Positions 19,460-30,443 are shown, counted from the first letter of the stretch. The stretch is DNA of 64,000 nucleotides from Halarcobacter sp. (GCA_963676565.1 OY781089.1:1696001-1760000); one strand, 5' to 3'. Translations and numbers: made by a program. Notes: generated by a model from the letters alone, not told the origin.

Positions 19460-22087
19460 ATGAGTTCAAAAAATAAAAAAGTCTACGATTTAGAATATAT
19501 TGAAAAAATATTTAAAGTAATACCCCTAACATTTATTTTAATACTCTCTATGGTCTCAATTTTTGTTACCTTTGTTATTTTAGAATCTAAACAAAATCGA
19601 GAAATCGACCTTTTAAAACAAAAAACACAATTACAAAATCAATTTGAAAAAAAAGAAGTTTTATTAGACTTTTCTAAAAATGTAGAAAATAGAGTAACAA
19701 ATGAATTAAATAAAATTAGTAAAATTTTACAAGAACATGCTCATAAAATAATTGGAAATCTTAACAATAAAGATGAATTGAAATTTGATTCAACAGTTCA
19801 TTTTTTAGAAGAATATGAAAGAAATCATGGTGTAGAAATAGTTTTATTTGAAAATAAGCCTTTGAATATAGTTTATGGTCATGATAAAATCGTATTTTTA
19901 TCAAAGCTTATTTTTGGAGACTATACAGAAGTTTATAAACAAATAGTTTTAAAATATATTAGTTCCCAAGGAAGATATAATCTGCAAGAGTGGAAAAATG
20001 ACCTTACAGGTGCTTTAAGACTAAGTTTTTTTGACACTTTTGAAATCAATAATAAAAAATACTATGTGGGGACTTTCTCAAAGCTTGAAAATATAAGATA
20101 TATCACAAAAAATTTAATTATTGATGAGATTGATTCAAGTAATAAAACAGATAAATATACTATTTGGTTTTATGATTTAATTACAAGATTAACATATAAC
20201 TATCAAAATAAAAAACTTTTTGACAATATAAATGTAGTTTTATCAAAAAAAGATTACAGTAAAAAATTTGAGATATTAAAATATTTTGATGACAATGAGC
20301 AAATGAATGAAAATTTTAGTAATTACATTTTATATAACAATAGATTCAAATATTTTATTGCCATTGATTATAACAAAGATGTAGAGATTAATGAGTTAGA
20401 GATTAGGGATAAATATAAAGCCTTATATTCTGAAATTACAACTTACATAGTTTTTATAGGATTATTACTAATAATATCATCTTTACTATTCTCAAATTTT
20501 ACAAAAAAGATTCTTGATCGATACAATAATATGTTAAATGAGAAAACTAAACTTTTAACTCACTGGAAAAATAGGTTTGAATTAGCAATTATTGCATCAA
20601 ATGATGGTTTATGGGATATTGATTTTAATACAAATGAGATATATTTTTCTGATAAGTGGCTGGAAATTTCAGGATACCAAAGGGGTGAAGTTAAGAAATT
20701 TTCCGATTGGTTTTCTTTAATTCATAACAAAGATAAAGATGCTGTTAAATACCTTTTTGATGAGATATTTGAAGAAAAAAGAGATAATTTTATTTGTGAA
20801 TATAGATTAAGAGTTAAAAGCGGAAATTTTAAGTGGATACTTGCAAGGGGAAAACTTTTTATAGATAAAGATACAGGGCATAAAAGAATGCTTATGATGT
20901 CTATGGATATTGATAAAAATAAAAGATTGAAAAAAGAACTTTTAGATGTTGAACTTCTTGTAGAAGATGGAAAAATAGTTATCTTTAAACTTTTTAATGA
21001 TGAAAACTTAAGTGTAAAATATATCTCAAATTCAATAAAAAATTATGGCTTTACTAAAAAAAGTTTTGAAACAAATGAGATGAATTTTTTAGACCTTTTT
21101 TATAAAAAAGATATCGATATTATAAAAGCTGCTATGAATGCAGCTATTAATAAAAATCTTTCAGATTTTACTTTTGAATGTAGAGTTTTAAATGCAGCAA
21201 ATCAAATTAGATGGGTTTCTTGTAGAGTAATTTTGTTAAAAGACCATAGTGGAAATTTAGCTAATTTCTATGGTTATATGAGTGATATCACTAAAATTAA
21301 ATTAAGTGAAGAGGAACTGAAAAATAAAATTAATGAAGAGCTTGATAAAAATAGAGAGAAAGATAGAATTTTAATTCAACAAAGTAAACTTGCAGCAATG
21401 GGTGAGATGCTTGGAAATATTGCCCATCAATGGAGACAACCATTAAATAATATCTCTTTATTTTTATCTTTCATAAAAGATGGTTATAAAAATGAGAAAA
21501 TTACTTTTGAAATGTTAGAAAAGTATTTTGATAAATCTTTTAATCAAATTGAATATATGTCTCAAACAATCGATGACTTTAGAAATTTTTATAAACCCTC
21601 AAAACAAAAAAATAGATTTGATATAAAACATGCAATTGATTCAACAATTGAGATAATTAAAGCACAAATAAAAGATGAAAATATAAATCTTAGACTAAAT
21701 GTCTCAGAAAATATTTTATATGGTTTTGAAAATGAATTGAAACAATCACTTTTAAATATATTTAATAATGCCCTTGATGCAATTAAATCAAAATCAAAGG
21801 AAAAAGATTTTGAAAAATATATAAAAGTAGATTCAAAAGAGGAAAAAGGGTTTATAAAAATCAAAATTGAAAATAATGGTGGAAAAATAAATGAAGAGAT
21901 AATCTCAAAAATATTTGAGCCATACTTTACAACTAAATTTGAAAGTCAAGGTACAGGAATAGGTCTATATATGACAAAATCAATAATAGAAACAAATATG
22001 AATGGAAAAATAGAAGTTGAAAATATTGAAGAAGGGGTAGTTTTTACAATTAAACTACCTATATTAGAAGGGAATGAAAATGAGTAA
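19460..22087 (+). CDS. Membrane sensor histidine kinase with two PAS domains
   Basis: Two TM helices, PAS_3-like domains, H-box GEMLGNIAHQWRQPL, NNALDA, and FEPYFTTK..GTGIGL. Confidence 0.93.
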   Translation: MSSKNKKVYDLEYIEKIFKVIPLTFILILSMVSIFVTFVILESKQNREIDLLKQKTQLQNQFEKKEVLLDFSKNVENRVTNELNKISKILQEHAHKIIGNLNNKDELKFDSTVHFLEEYERNHGVEIVLFENKPLNIVYGHDKIVFLSKLIFGDYTEVYKQIVLKYISSQGRYNLQEWKNDLTGALRLSFFDTFEINNKKYYVGTFSKLENIRYITKNLIIDEIDSSNKTDKYTIWFYDLITRLTYNYQNKKLFDNINVVLSKKDYSKKFEILKYFDDNEQMNENFSNYILYNNRFKYFIAIDYNKDVEINELEIRDKYKALYSEITTYIVFIGLLLIISSLLFSNFTKKILDRYNNMLNEKTKLLTHWKNRFELAIIASNDGLWDIDFNTNEIYFSDKWLEISGYQRGEVKKFSDWFSLIHNKDKDAVKYLFDEIFEEKRDNFICEYRLRVKSGNFKWILARGKLFIDKDTGHKRMLMMSMDIDKNKRLKKELLDVELLVEDGKIVIFKLFNDENLSVKYISNSIKNYGFTKKSFETNEMNFLDLFYKKDIDIIKAAMNAAINKNLSDFTFECRVLNAANQIRWVSCRVILLKDHSGNLANFYGYMSDITKIKLSEEELKNKINEELDKNREKDRILIQQSKLAAMGEMLGNIAHQWRQPLNNISLFLSFIKDGYKNEKITFEMLEKYFDKSFNQIEYMSQTIDDFRNFYKPSKQKNRFDIKHAIDSTIEIIKAQIKDENINLRLNVSENILYGFENELKQSLLNIFNNALDAIKSKSKEKDFEKYIKVDSKEEKGFIKIKIENNGGKINEEIISKIFEPYFTTKFESQGTGIGLYMTKSIIETNMNGKIEVENIEEGVVFTIKLPILEGNENE

Positions 22088-22787
22088 TTCAATTACTAGG
22101 GTTTTACTTGTAGAAGATGAAGATGATGCTAGAGAGATTTTAGAGTTTTATTTAGATACAGTTTTTGATGAGGTTGAAGTTGCATCAAATGGTTTAGAGG
22201 GGTTAAATATATTTAACGAAAATTTAGAAAATGGGAAACTTTTTGATGTAATTGTTACAGATATAAGAATGCCACAATTAGATGGACTTTCGATGCTTGA
22301 AAAAATCACACAAAAAAATGAAGACCAAAAGTTTATAATTGTTTCTGCATATAAAGATGAAGAGTATTTGTTTAGGTCAATAAATCTAAATGTAATAAGC
22401 TACTTTGTAAAACCACTAGTTGTGGAAAATATAATGCAAATCCTAAAAAAAGTAAAAAAATCTATTTTAGAAAAAAATGAAAAAATAGAAATAGTTGATA
22501 ATGATTTAACAAAAATAAATGAAACCTATTTTTATAGTAAAGATAAAAAACTTTTATATGATAAAGATGAATTGGTTAATCTCTCAAAAAAAGAGACACT
22601 TTTATTGGATGCAATGATTTGTAAAAAAGGTGAAATTATTACTAATGAATACTTGAAAAAATCTGTTTGGAATGATTCTAAAACTTCAGATGCAACACTA
22701 AGAACTGTTATCAAAAGAGTTAAAGATAAGGTATCAAAGGACGATTTTATAGTTTCAAAAAAAGGAATGGGTTATATTATAGAATAA
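22074..22787 (+). CDS. OmpR-family response regulator
   Basis: LLVEDE, TDIRMP and KP motifs; winged-helix LRTVIKRVKDK..GMGY. Confidence 0.93.
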   Translation: MKMSNSITRVLLVEDEDDAREILEFYLDTVFDEVEVASNGLEGLNIFNENLENGKLFDVIVTDIRMPQLDGLSMLEKITQKNEDQKFIIVSAYKDEEYLFRSINLNVISYFVKPLVVENIMQILKKVKKSILEKNEKIEIVDNDLTKINETYFYSKDKKLLYDKDELVNLSKKETLLLDAMICKKGEIITNEYLKKSVWNDSKTSDATLRTVIKRVKDKVSKDDFIVSKKGMGYIIE

Positions 22788-22829
22788 ATAAAACACCTTT
22801 TTATGGTGTGTCTAAAATAAATTTTTATA

Positions 22830-22874
22830 TTTTGAAACAATTTTGAAACAATTATGAAGTTTTTATGTTATACT
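22830..22874 (+). promoter_or_regulatory. TRAP operon promoter with 11-bp direct repeats
   Basis: TTTTGAAACAA twice (22830, 22841) plus TTATGAAG (22852); TGtTATACT at 22866-22874. Confidence 0.7.
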
Positions 22875-22901
22875 TTCATTGTAATAAAAAAAGGAGATTA
22901 C

Positions 22902-23915
22902 ATGAGAATGAATTTACTAAAAAAACTAGCAATTGGTTCTATGCTAACAGCAGCACTTATTACAAGTGCAAGTGCTAAAAAGGAAGAAAAATATGTAATT
23001 GCAACGGCAAGTACAGGTGGGACTTTTTATCCTGTTGGAGTTGGAATTGCAACAATAGCTTCACTTAAATTAGCAAAATCAAATAACATCACATTTTCTG
23101 CAATCACAAGTGCAGGTTCTGGTGAAAATGTAAGTATGATGGAAAATGGCGAAGTAAACTTTGGTATTTTACAAGGTTTATTTGGTTCAATGGCATGGCA
23201 AGGAAAAGCAAAATATGATGGGAAACCAAAAAAAGATTTAAGATCTGTAACAATGCTTTGGCAAAATGTTGAGCAGTTTACAATTAAATCAGATTTTGCG
23301 AAAACTGGAAATATAAAAGATTTAAAAAATCTTTATGGGGAAAGATTCTCAATTGGTGGAAGAAACTCTGGGTCAAGAGTATCTGCTGAAACAATTATGG
23401 ATTCACTTGGAATTGATTATAACAAAATGGATGTACAATATTTAGGTTATAGCCCAAGTTCAACAGCACTTCAAGATGGAAAAATTCAAGGTATGAATAC
23501 ACCATCGGGACCTCCAACATCTGCTGTTACTAATGCTTTTGCATCAATTGGAAATGATAATATCAGAGTATTAGATTTTGATGCTGATGATTTAGCAAAA
23601 ATCAATGCAAACTATCCTGTATGGACTCCATTTAATATTAAAGCAGGAACATATCCAGGACAAGAAAAAGATATCAATACAATTGCACAACCTAACCTTT
23701 TAGTTGTAACAAAAGATACACCAGAAGAGACTGTATATTTACTTACAAAAACAATTTATGAAAACTTACCTTTTTTAAATACAGTTCATAAAGCAACAAA
23801 AGCTATGTCTTTACAAAAAGCGATTGATGGTCTACCAATGCCATTACATCCAGGTGCAGCTAAATACTACAAAGAACAAGGTATCAACATACCTGATGCT
23901 TTAATTATCAAATAA
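22902..23915 (+). CDS. TAXI-family TRAP solute-binding protein
   Basis: Start re-placed at 22902 (AAGGAG SD); IATASTGGTFYP, SAGSGEN and PLHPGA motifs. Confidence 0.93.
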   Translation: MRMNLLKKLAIGSMLTAALITSASAKKEEKYVIATASTGGTFYPVGVGIATIASLKLAKSNNITFSAITSAGSGENVSMMENGEVNFGILQGLFGSMAWQGKAKYDGKPKKDLRSVTMLWQNVEQFTIKSDFAKTGNIKDLKNLYGERFSIGGRNSGSRVSAETIMDSLGIDYNKMDVQYLGYSPSSTALQDGKIQGMNTPSGPPTSAVTNAFASIGNDNIRVLDFDADDLAKINANYPVWTPFNIKAGTYPGQEKDINTIAQPNLLVVTKDTPEETVYLLTKTIYENLPFLNTVHKATKAMSLQKAIDGLPMPLHPGAAKYYKEQGINIPDALIIK

Positions 23916-23919
23916 AAAA

Positions 23920-23944
23920 CATAAAGAGGATTTTCCTCTTTATG
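23920..23944 (+). terminator. Intercistronic stem-loop after the TAXI gene
   Basis: CATAAAGAGG-atttt-CCTCTTTATG without a long U tract; could be a partial terminator or mRNA stabiliser. Confidence 0.65.
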
Positions 23945-24001
23945 AAAGTTACTATAAAAAATAGTGCCTTTGATAAATAGGAATCTTGAAAGGATTAATC
24001 A

Positions 24002-25969
24002 ATGATCAAAATTAAATATTTTAAAGAAATTACTTTTGTGTATGCAATTTTTATATCACTATTTCATTTTTATATAAATATCTTTGGGGGTATTAGTGAT
24101 TTATGGTTTAACTCTGCACACTTCTCACTTTTAGCTTCCCTTGGATTTTTAACGTATGAAGCAATTAAAAATGATTATGAACACAAAGATGAAGTTTCTT
24201 TGGCTAATATCATTTTTGCTGTTTTAGCATTGGTGACATTTTTTTACATGGCGTTTTTCGAAGAGTCATTATATGCTGAACATAATGGAGAAATGAGAGT
24301 AAGTGATATTATAGTTGCTTCCATGACAATTGGTCTTGCAATTGAGATGGTTAGGAAATCAACTGGATACATTATCCCTGCAATTATCACTTTTTGTATA
24401 GCATATCTATTATTTTTAGGTCAATATTTTGAAGGTGTTTTTGCCTTTGGTGGAATGACACCTGAAAGATTTTTATATAGAATGTACTACACAAGTGAGG
24501 GGATGTTTGGTTCTATTGCAACTATTTCATCAACATATGTTTTTATGTTTATTTTATTTGCCGCATTTTTACTAAAATCTGGGGCAGGGGACTTTATAGT
24601 TGACTTAGCAAAAGGGGTTACTTCAAAATATACAGGTGGAACTGGGCATGTTGCAGTATTCTCATCAGCACTTATGGGAACTATTTCAGGGTCTGCTGTT
24701 GCAAATACAGTTTCAACTGGGTCAATTACAATTCCTATGATGAAAAAATCAGGTTTTAAACCAACTTTTGCAGCTGCAGTTGAAACAGCTGCAAGTACTG
24801 GTGGACAAATTATGCCTCCAATTATGGGAGCGGGGGCTTTTATTATGGCTCAAATGACTCATATCCCTTTTGTAACAATTATTTCAGTTTCAGTTTTACC
24901 TGCAATTTTATATTTTGCTTCTATCTCTTTTTATATTCATATTCATGCAAAAGAACATAATATTAAAGGTGAAGCAGAAAATGTAGATATAAAAGCAATT
25001 TTAAGAGAGGGTGCACACTTTTTAATTCCACTTGTAACTTTAGTTGGACTTTTAATTTATGGATTTTCACCAACATATTCAGCAGGGATTTCAATTGTTG
25101 CAATTATTGCAGCTTCATATCTAACAAAAACAAAAAGAATGGGTTTAAAACAAATTTTAGAAGCTTTAGCTTTAGGTGCTCAAAATATGGTTGTAACAGG
25201 TGTTTTACTTGTAGCAGTTGGTATTATAGTTGGAGTTATTAACATTACTGGAGTTGGAATCACCTTTTCACAATTAATTATTGAATGGTCAAATAACTCA
25301 CTTATGATAGCATTGATATTAGTTGCATTAGCTTCTTTAATTTTAGGAATGGGTTTACCTGTAACAGCTTCATATGTTGTTTTATCAGTTTTATGCGCAC
25401 CAGCACTTGTGGGTCTTATGTTAACTCCAGAGATGGCTGCACTTGTAAATGCAGGTATTGAAATACCTGAAGTTGCTATGTATTTACTTGCAGCCCACTT
25501 GATAATCTTTTGGTTATCACAAGATTCAAATCTTACGCCACCTGTTTGTTTAGCAGCGTTTGCAGCAGCAGCTATTGCAAAAACACCACCAATGAAAACA
25601 GGTTTTATGTCATGGAAAGTTGGAAAAGGTATGTATATAGTTCCATTATTATTTGCCTTTACTCCACTTATAACAGGAACTTTATTTGAAAAACTTGAGG
25701 TATTTTTCTTTGGTTTATTTGGAATATTGGCTTTTGCGATTGCTATGGAAGGTTTTTGGGATAAAAAAACAAATATTATTGAAAGGATTATTTTCGCCTT
25801 TGCCTCATTAATGTTATTAAGTCCTGATACTATGATTGGTTATGAAACAGTTTTTGATATTGTTCAAAATAATCATATAATTGGAACAATTTTATTTATT
25901 TTAGCAATGATTTATCATAAAATTACCTATAAAGTTCAGAAAAAGGAATTACATGCAACAGCTACTTGA
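24002..25969 (+). CDS. TRAP transporter 4TM/12TM fused permease
   Basis: GTISGSAVAN, ASTGGQIMPPIMGAGAF, LGMGLP and TPPVCLAA motifs. Confidence 0.93.
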   Translation: MIKIKYFKEITFVYAIFISLFHFYINIFGGISDLWFNSAHFSLLASLGFLTYEAIKNDYEHKDEVSLANIIFAVLALVTFFYMAFFEESLYAEHNGEMRVSDIIVASMTIGLAIEMVRKSTGYIIPAIITFCIAYLLFLGQYFEGVFAFGGMTPERFLYRMYYTSEGMFGSIATISSTYVFMFILFAAFLLKSGAGDFIVDLAKGVTSKYTGGTGHVAVFSSALMGTISGSAVANTVSTGSITIPMMKKSGFKPTFAAAVETAASTGGQIMPPIMGAGAFIMAQMTHIPFVTIISVSVLPAILYFASISFYIHIHAKEHNIKGEAENVDIKAILREGAHFLIPLVTLVGLLIYGFSPTYSAGISIVAIIAASYLTKTKRMGLKQILEALALGAQNMVVTGVLLVAVGIIVGVINITGVGITFSQLIIEWSNNSLMIALILVALASLILGMGLPVTASYVVLSVLCAPALVGLMLTPEMAALVNAGIEIPEVAMYLLAAHLIIFWLSQDSNLTPPVCLAAFAAAAIAKTPPMKTGFMSWKVGKGMYIVPLLFAFTPLITGTLFEKLEVFFFGLFGILAFAIAMEGFWDKKTNIIERIIFAFASLMLLSPDTMIGYETVFDIVQNNHIIGTILFILAMIYHKITYKVQKKELHATAT

Positions 25970-26549
25970 TACACTAAAACAATGTGGATATGATCCACAT
26001 TTTGTTCAAACAAAGAAAGAAGCTTTAGAATTATCAAGAACTTTTATAAAAGATGGTATGAGTGTAGGTTTAGGTGGTTCTACTACCATTGCTGAAATAG
26101 GTTTACTTGATGAGATTGTAAATAATAAAAATATTACACTTTTTAATCAATATGAAAAAGGTATTTCTATGGAAGAAAATACCAAAAGAAGAAGAGAAGG
26201 GATGTTAACTGATCTTTACGTTACAGGGACAAATGCTTTAACAAAAGATGGCAAACTTGTAAATGCAGATGGAAGTGGAAATAGAGTAGCTGCATTAATC
26301 TTTGGACCTAAAAAAGTTCTGGTTGTTATTGGGGTGAATAAAATCGTTGAAAATGCTGATGAAGGTTTTAAAAGACTTATGGAAGTTGCAGCAGTTAAAA
26401 ATGTTGATAGAATGAATTCAAAATCAATTGAGATGGGAAAAGAACCTAGACACAACCTTGATAATATTGCAAATAAGTTTACTTATATAAAAGCTGATGT
26501 AAAAGACAGGATTTCAATAATTATTGTAAATGAGGAATTAGGATATTAA
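25953..26549 (+). CDS. LUD-domain (LutC/YkgG-like) protein
   Basis: GLGGSTT, TGTNALT.DG.LVNADGSGNRVA, GVNKIV and EELGY motifs; overlaps the permease stop. Confidence 0.85.
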   Translation: MQQLLDTLKQCGYDPHFVQTKKEALELSRTFIKDGMSVGLGGSTTIAEIGLLDEIVNNKNITLFNQYEKGISMEENTKRRREGMLTDLYVTGTNALTKDGKLVNADGSGNRVAALIFGPKKVLVVIGVNKIVENADEGFKRLMEVAAVKNVDRMNSKSIEMGKEPRHNLDNIANKFTYIKADVKDRISIIIVNEELGY

Positions 26550-26559
26550 ACATTTAGTT

Positions 26560-27642
26560 TTAGGTAACTTTTTTCTTAAAAAACCAAGTTGCGATGATTA
26601 AAGTTGCAAAACCAATAATAATCATCGGAACTATTTGGTTTAAAGCTAATTCCCACGAAATATCTTTTAAGTAAACACCCTTTATTAAAATCAAAAAATA
26701 TTTTAGTGAAATAAAATCTGTAAATGGTATAAGCCAATCTGGCATATTTTCAACAGGTGTTGCAAAGCCTGACATTAAAATTGATGGCACTAGAAGTACA
26801 AAAGCTCCCAAAATTCCTTGTTGTTGTGTTGATGAAATAGATGAGATAAAAAGACCAAAACCAACAATAGAAAAAACAAAAGCAAAAATAGAGGCTACTA
26901 AAATCCAAAATGAACCTATAAAAGGTACAGCAAAAAAGGTTATGGCACTAAGATAGATAACCATTGCTTCAATAATAGAAATAGCCATAGGTGGAATTGT
27001 TTTCCCCACAATCAAAATCATTGGACTTATAGGTGCAACTGATATTTGCTCAAAAGTTCCAAGTTCTCTCTCCCTTGCTACAGAAAGTGAAGTTAAAATA
27101 AGGGCAATAATCATAGTTAAACTTCCAACTAAATTTGGTAATATCCACCAAAAGTTGTCTAAATTTGGGTTATACCAATTTCTAGTAATAATCATCTCTT
27201 TTTTATTTATAAAAGTAGATTGAATAATTTGCTCAACATAAGCAATTGCTAGTTGGGAACTGTTTGATTTTCTACCATCTCCTATAATCCCAATAGTAGC
27301 TGTTTGTCCTTGATATAAGTTTTTTGAAAAATCTTGGGGAATCTTTATGGCTAAAACAATTTTTTGAGAATCTAATTTTTTCTCTAAATCTAAAACACCA
27401 TTTAAATATAAAACCTCTTCAAATCTATCGCTATATTTTAAACTTCTAACGAACTCTTTACTTTCCCTTGAACCATTTGAATCTAAAACACCTATTGAGA
27501 TATTTTTAACCTCCAAAGTTACTGCAAAGGCAAAAAGTACAAGTTGTAAAAGTGGAGGTACGATTATAACTATTCGTGAACGTTTATCACTCCATATTGC
27601 TAAAAATTCTTTTCTTATTAGGGCTAATAATTGATTAAACAT
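26560..27642 (-). CDS. ABC-2 permease, YbhR-like
   Basis: WYNPNL, SVARERELGTFEQ and SGFATPVENMP motifs. Confidence 0.9.
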   Translation of the reverse strand: MFNQLLALIRKEFLAIWSDKRSRIVIIVPPLLQLVLFAFAVTLEVKNISIGVLDSNGSRESKEFVRSLKYSDRFEEVLYLNGVLDLEKKLDSQKIVLAIKIPQDFSKNLYQGQTATIGIIGDGRKSNSSQLAIAYVEQIIQSTFINKKEMIITRNWYNPNLDNFWWILPNLVGSLTMIIALILTSLSVARERELGTFEQISVAPISPMILIVGKTIPPMAISIIEAMVIYLSAITFFAVPFIGSFWILVASIFAFVFSIVGFGLFISSISSTQQQGILGAFVLLVPSILMSGFATPVENMPDWLIPFTDFISLKYFLILIKGVYLKDISWELALNQIVPMIIIGFATLIIATWFFKKKVT

Positions 27643-28745
27643 TAGTTTATCTTCTTTTTTGTGATTAAAAATATGATGAAAAAAAGTATAAAACCTATTA
27701 TCAACATAAAAATAGAGTTAGGGATTATAATCTCATAAATATCACCTGTTAAAAATAGAGTTTGTAAAATAGGTATAAAATATGTTGCAGGAATACCATT
27801 TGTTAAAAACTGTAACCATTGGGGCATACTTGAAATTTGAAAAATAAAACCTGATAAAATCATAGCTGGTAAAAAGCCAACTATTAAAGCCATTTGTGCT
27901 GCAACAAATTGGTTTTTTGCAAGTGTTGAGATTAAAAGACCTAGACTAAGACTAGGAATTAAATAAATAGCTGAGGTTAAAAATAAAAGAAAATATGAAC
28001 CTCTAAATGGTATTTCAAACCAAAAAAGCGTGATTAAGACACAAATAGTAAGGGAAATTAAACCAAGGAAAAAATAGGGTAATAGTTTACTAATAAGTAG
28101 TTCTAAAATTGTCGTAGGAGTAGACATAATAGCTTCCATTGTACCTCTTTCCCACTCCCTTGCAACAACAAGGGCTGTTAAAAGTGTACCAATAAGAGTT
28201 AAAATTATTGCAATAGAACCAGGCAATAAAAAGTATTTACTAGAAAGAGGGGCATTAAACCAATATCTAGTTCTAACTTCAATGGTAGATGGAGGAGTTA
28301 AGTTTTCATATTGTAACCAAGATTTCCATAGTTCATTGGAGTATTTGTTTACATATCCTGCAATACTTGGTTCACTACCATCAGTTATAATCTCTATTTG
28401 TGGATTACCTTTTAAAATCTCTTTATCAAAATTTGAAGGTATTATTATCATAGCCCTTAAACTTCCCTCTTGGAGTTTAGAAATAAATTCTCTTCTATCG
28501 CGACCAATTTCAATTTTAAAGCTTTCACTACTCTCAAATGATTTGATTAAACTTGCAGTGTATTTTGAATTTTTTTCTAAAACTATTCCCACAGGTATTT
28601 TTTTTGCATCAAGTGAGATTGCATAACCCATCAAAAATAGAAGCATCAAAGGAAGTATTATAGCTATAATTAAAGCACTAGGATCCCTTAATATTTGGAT
28701 AGTTTCTTTTATAAATATTGCTTTTAATCTTTGAGTACTAATCAT
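27642..28745 (-). CDS. ABC-2 permease, YbhS-like
   Basis: KETIQILRDP, VAREWERGTME and SGFIFQISSMP motifs. Confidence 0.9.
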   Translation of the reverse strand: MISTQRLKAIFIKETIQILRDPSALIIAIILPLMLLFLMGYAISLDAKKIPVGIVLEKNSKYTASLIKSFESSESFKIEIGRDRREFISKLQEGSLRAMIIIPSNFDKEILKGNPQIEIITDGSEPSIAGYVNKYSNELWKSWLQYENLTPPSTIEVRTRYWFNAPLSSKYFLLPGSIAIILTLIGTLLTALVVAREWERGTMEAIMSTPTTILELLISKLLPYFFLGLISLTICVLITLFWFEIPFRGSYFLLFLTSAIYLIPSLSLGLLISTLAKNQFVAAQMALIVGFLPAMILSGFIFQISSMPQWLQFLTNGIPATYFIPILQTLFLTGDIYEIIIPNSIFMLIIGFILFFIIFLITKKKIN

Positions 28746-30435
28746 TGTCTTCTCTTTTAATTAGTTCAATAAACGCTTCTTCCATTGTTGCATCATTGGA
28801 AACTTCTTTTATAAGATTATGTGGAGTATCAAGGGCGATTGCTTTACCTTTATAAATCAAAGCAATTCTGTCACAATACTCTGCTTCATCCATAAAGTGA
28901 GTTGTAACCATAATAGTCATACCTTTTCTAACCATTGCATAGATATGATTCCAGAACTCACGTCTAGTTTGTGGGTCAATTCCTGATGTTGGTTCATCTA
29001 AAAATAAAACAACAGGGTCATGCATAACTGCACATGCTAGTGATAATCTTTGTTTATAACCTAAAGGTAAATCACCCGATGGCATTTTTCTATATTTTTT
29101 TAAATCAAAAATATCAATCATATTTTCGATTTTTTCTTTTCTTTTTTTCCCTTTTAAGCCATAAACTCCTGCAAAAAACTTTAGATTTTCATATACTGAG
29201 ATTCCTCCGTAAAGTGAAAACTTTTGAGACATATATCCTATTTTTGCCCTTGCTTTAAAAGATGATTTTTCTAAGTTCATATTTAAAACTTTTGCACTAC
29301 CACTTGTTGGAGTTATAAGACCACAAAGCATTTTAAAGGTTGTTGATTTTCCAGCACCATTTGGACCTAAAAAACCAAATATCTCGCCCCTTGGAATTTG
29401 AAAGCTTACATTATTGGTTGCTACAAATGAGCCAAATTTTTTACTTAAATTTTTAGCTTCAATTAAAAACTCTTCATCACTTTTTTCAAGCTCTCCCATT
29501 TGGGAAGCTAGAGGTGAATCTGCATTGAAGTTACCATTTAGGATATTCATAAATCCATCTTCAAAATTTGGAGCTATCTTTTCATACTTACAATTTTTTG
29601 CACCAATAGATTCTAAATTTGGAAGTAACTCTTTGCTCTCACAAATTAGTTTTATACTATTTCCTAAAATCACTCCATCTTTTACATTCTCATTTTTTAG
29701 TGCAGCTCTTAAAGTTTCTCTTTTATTCTCAATATCTCCTGTGATTTTAAAGACTTTGTTTTCCATAGTATTACTTAAATCTTTTGGAATACCATTAAAG
29801 ATTATTTCACCTTCATTTAATAAAATTACTTCATCACATAGTTCTGCTTCATCTAAATAAGCTGTACTCCAAACAACTCCAACTCCATCAGATATTAAAG
29901 ACTGAACTATTGCCCACAACTCTTTTCTTGAAATAGGATCAACTCCAACTCCAGGCTCATCTAAAAGTAGAAGTTTGGGTTTTTTAATTAAAGCACAAGC
30001 AAGACCAAGTTTTTGTTTCATTCCACCTGACAAATCCCTTGCTAAAAAAGTAGTAAAATCTTTAAGATTTATAAAATCAAGAAGCTCTTCTATTCTTTTC
30101 TTTTGTTCCTCTTTTTTTATTGATTGTAAATTTGCATAAAGTTTTAGGTTCTCTAAAACTGTTAAGTCTTCATAAAGTCCAAATTTTTGTGGCATATAAC
30201 CAATCTCTTCTTGAACTTTAAAAGCATCATTTGGTAAGTTATAGTTTAAAACTTTTAGTTCACCTTCTTCTGCGTCTAAAAGTCCTGTCATTAGTCTAAT
30301 AAGTGTAGTTTTACCAGCCCCATCTGGACCTACAAGTCCAGTAATTTTACCCTCTTTAATGTCTAAAGAGATATTGCATAGTGCTTTAGTTTTTCCAAAA
30401 TTTTTACTTAAACTTTTAACTTCAACCAATGACAT
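28738..30435 (-). CDS. Double-domain ABC ATPase, YbhF-like
   Basis: Two Walker A motifs (GPDGAGKT, GPNGAGKS), LSGGMKQ, and LDEP twice. Confidence 0.93.
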   Translation of the reverse strand: MSLVEVKSLSKNFGKTKALCNISLDIKEGKITGLVGPDGAGKTTLIRLMTGLLDAEEGELKVLNYNLPNDAFKVQEEIGYMPQKFGLYEDLTVLENLKLYANLQSIKKEEQKKRIEELLDFINLKDFTTFLARDLSGGMKQKLGLACALIKKPKLLLLDEPGVGVDPISRKELWAIVQSLISDGVGVVWSTAYLDEAELCDEVILLNEGEIIFNGIPKDLSNTMENKVFKITGDIENKRETLRAALKNENVKDGVILGNSIKLICESKELLPNLESIGAKNCKYEKIAPNFEDGFMNILNGNFNADSPLASQMGELEKSDEEFLIEAKNLSKKFGSFVATNNVSFQIPRGEIFGFLGPNGAGKSTTFKMLCGLITPTSGSAKVLNMNLEKSSFKARAKIGYMSQKFSLYGGISVYENLKFFAGVYGLKGKKRKEKIENMIDIFDLKKYRKMPSGDLPLGYKQRLSLACAVMHDPVVLFLDEPTSGIDPQTRREFWNHIYAMVRKGMTIMVTTHFMDEAEYCDRIALIYKGKAIALDTPHNLIKEVSNDATMEEAFIELIKREDND

Positions 30436-30443
30436 AAAATATC

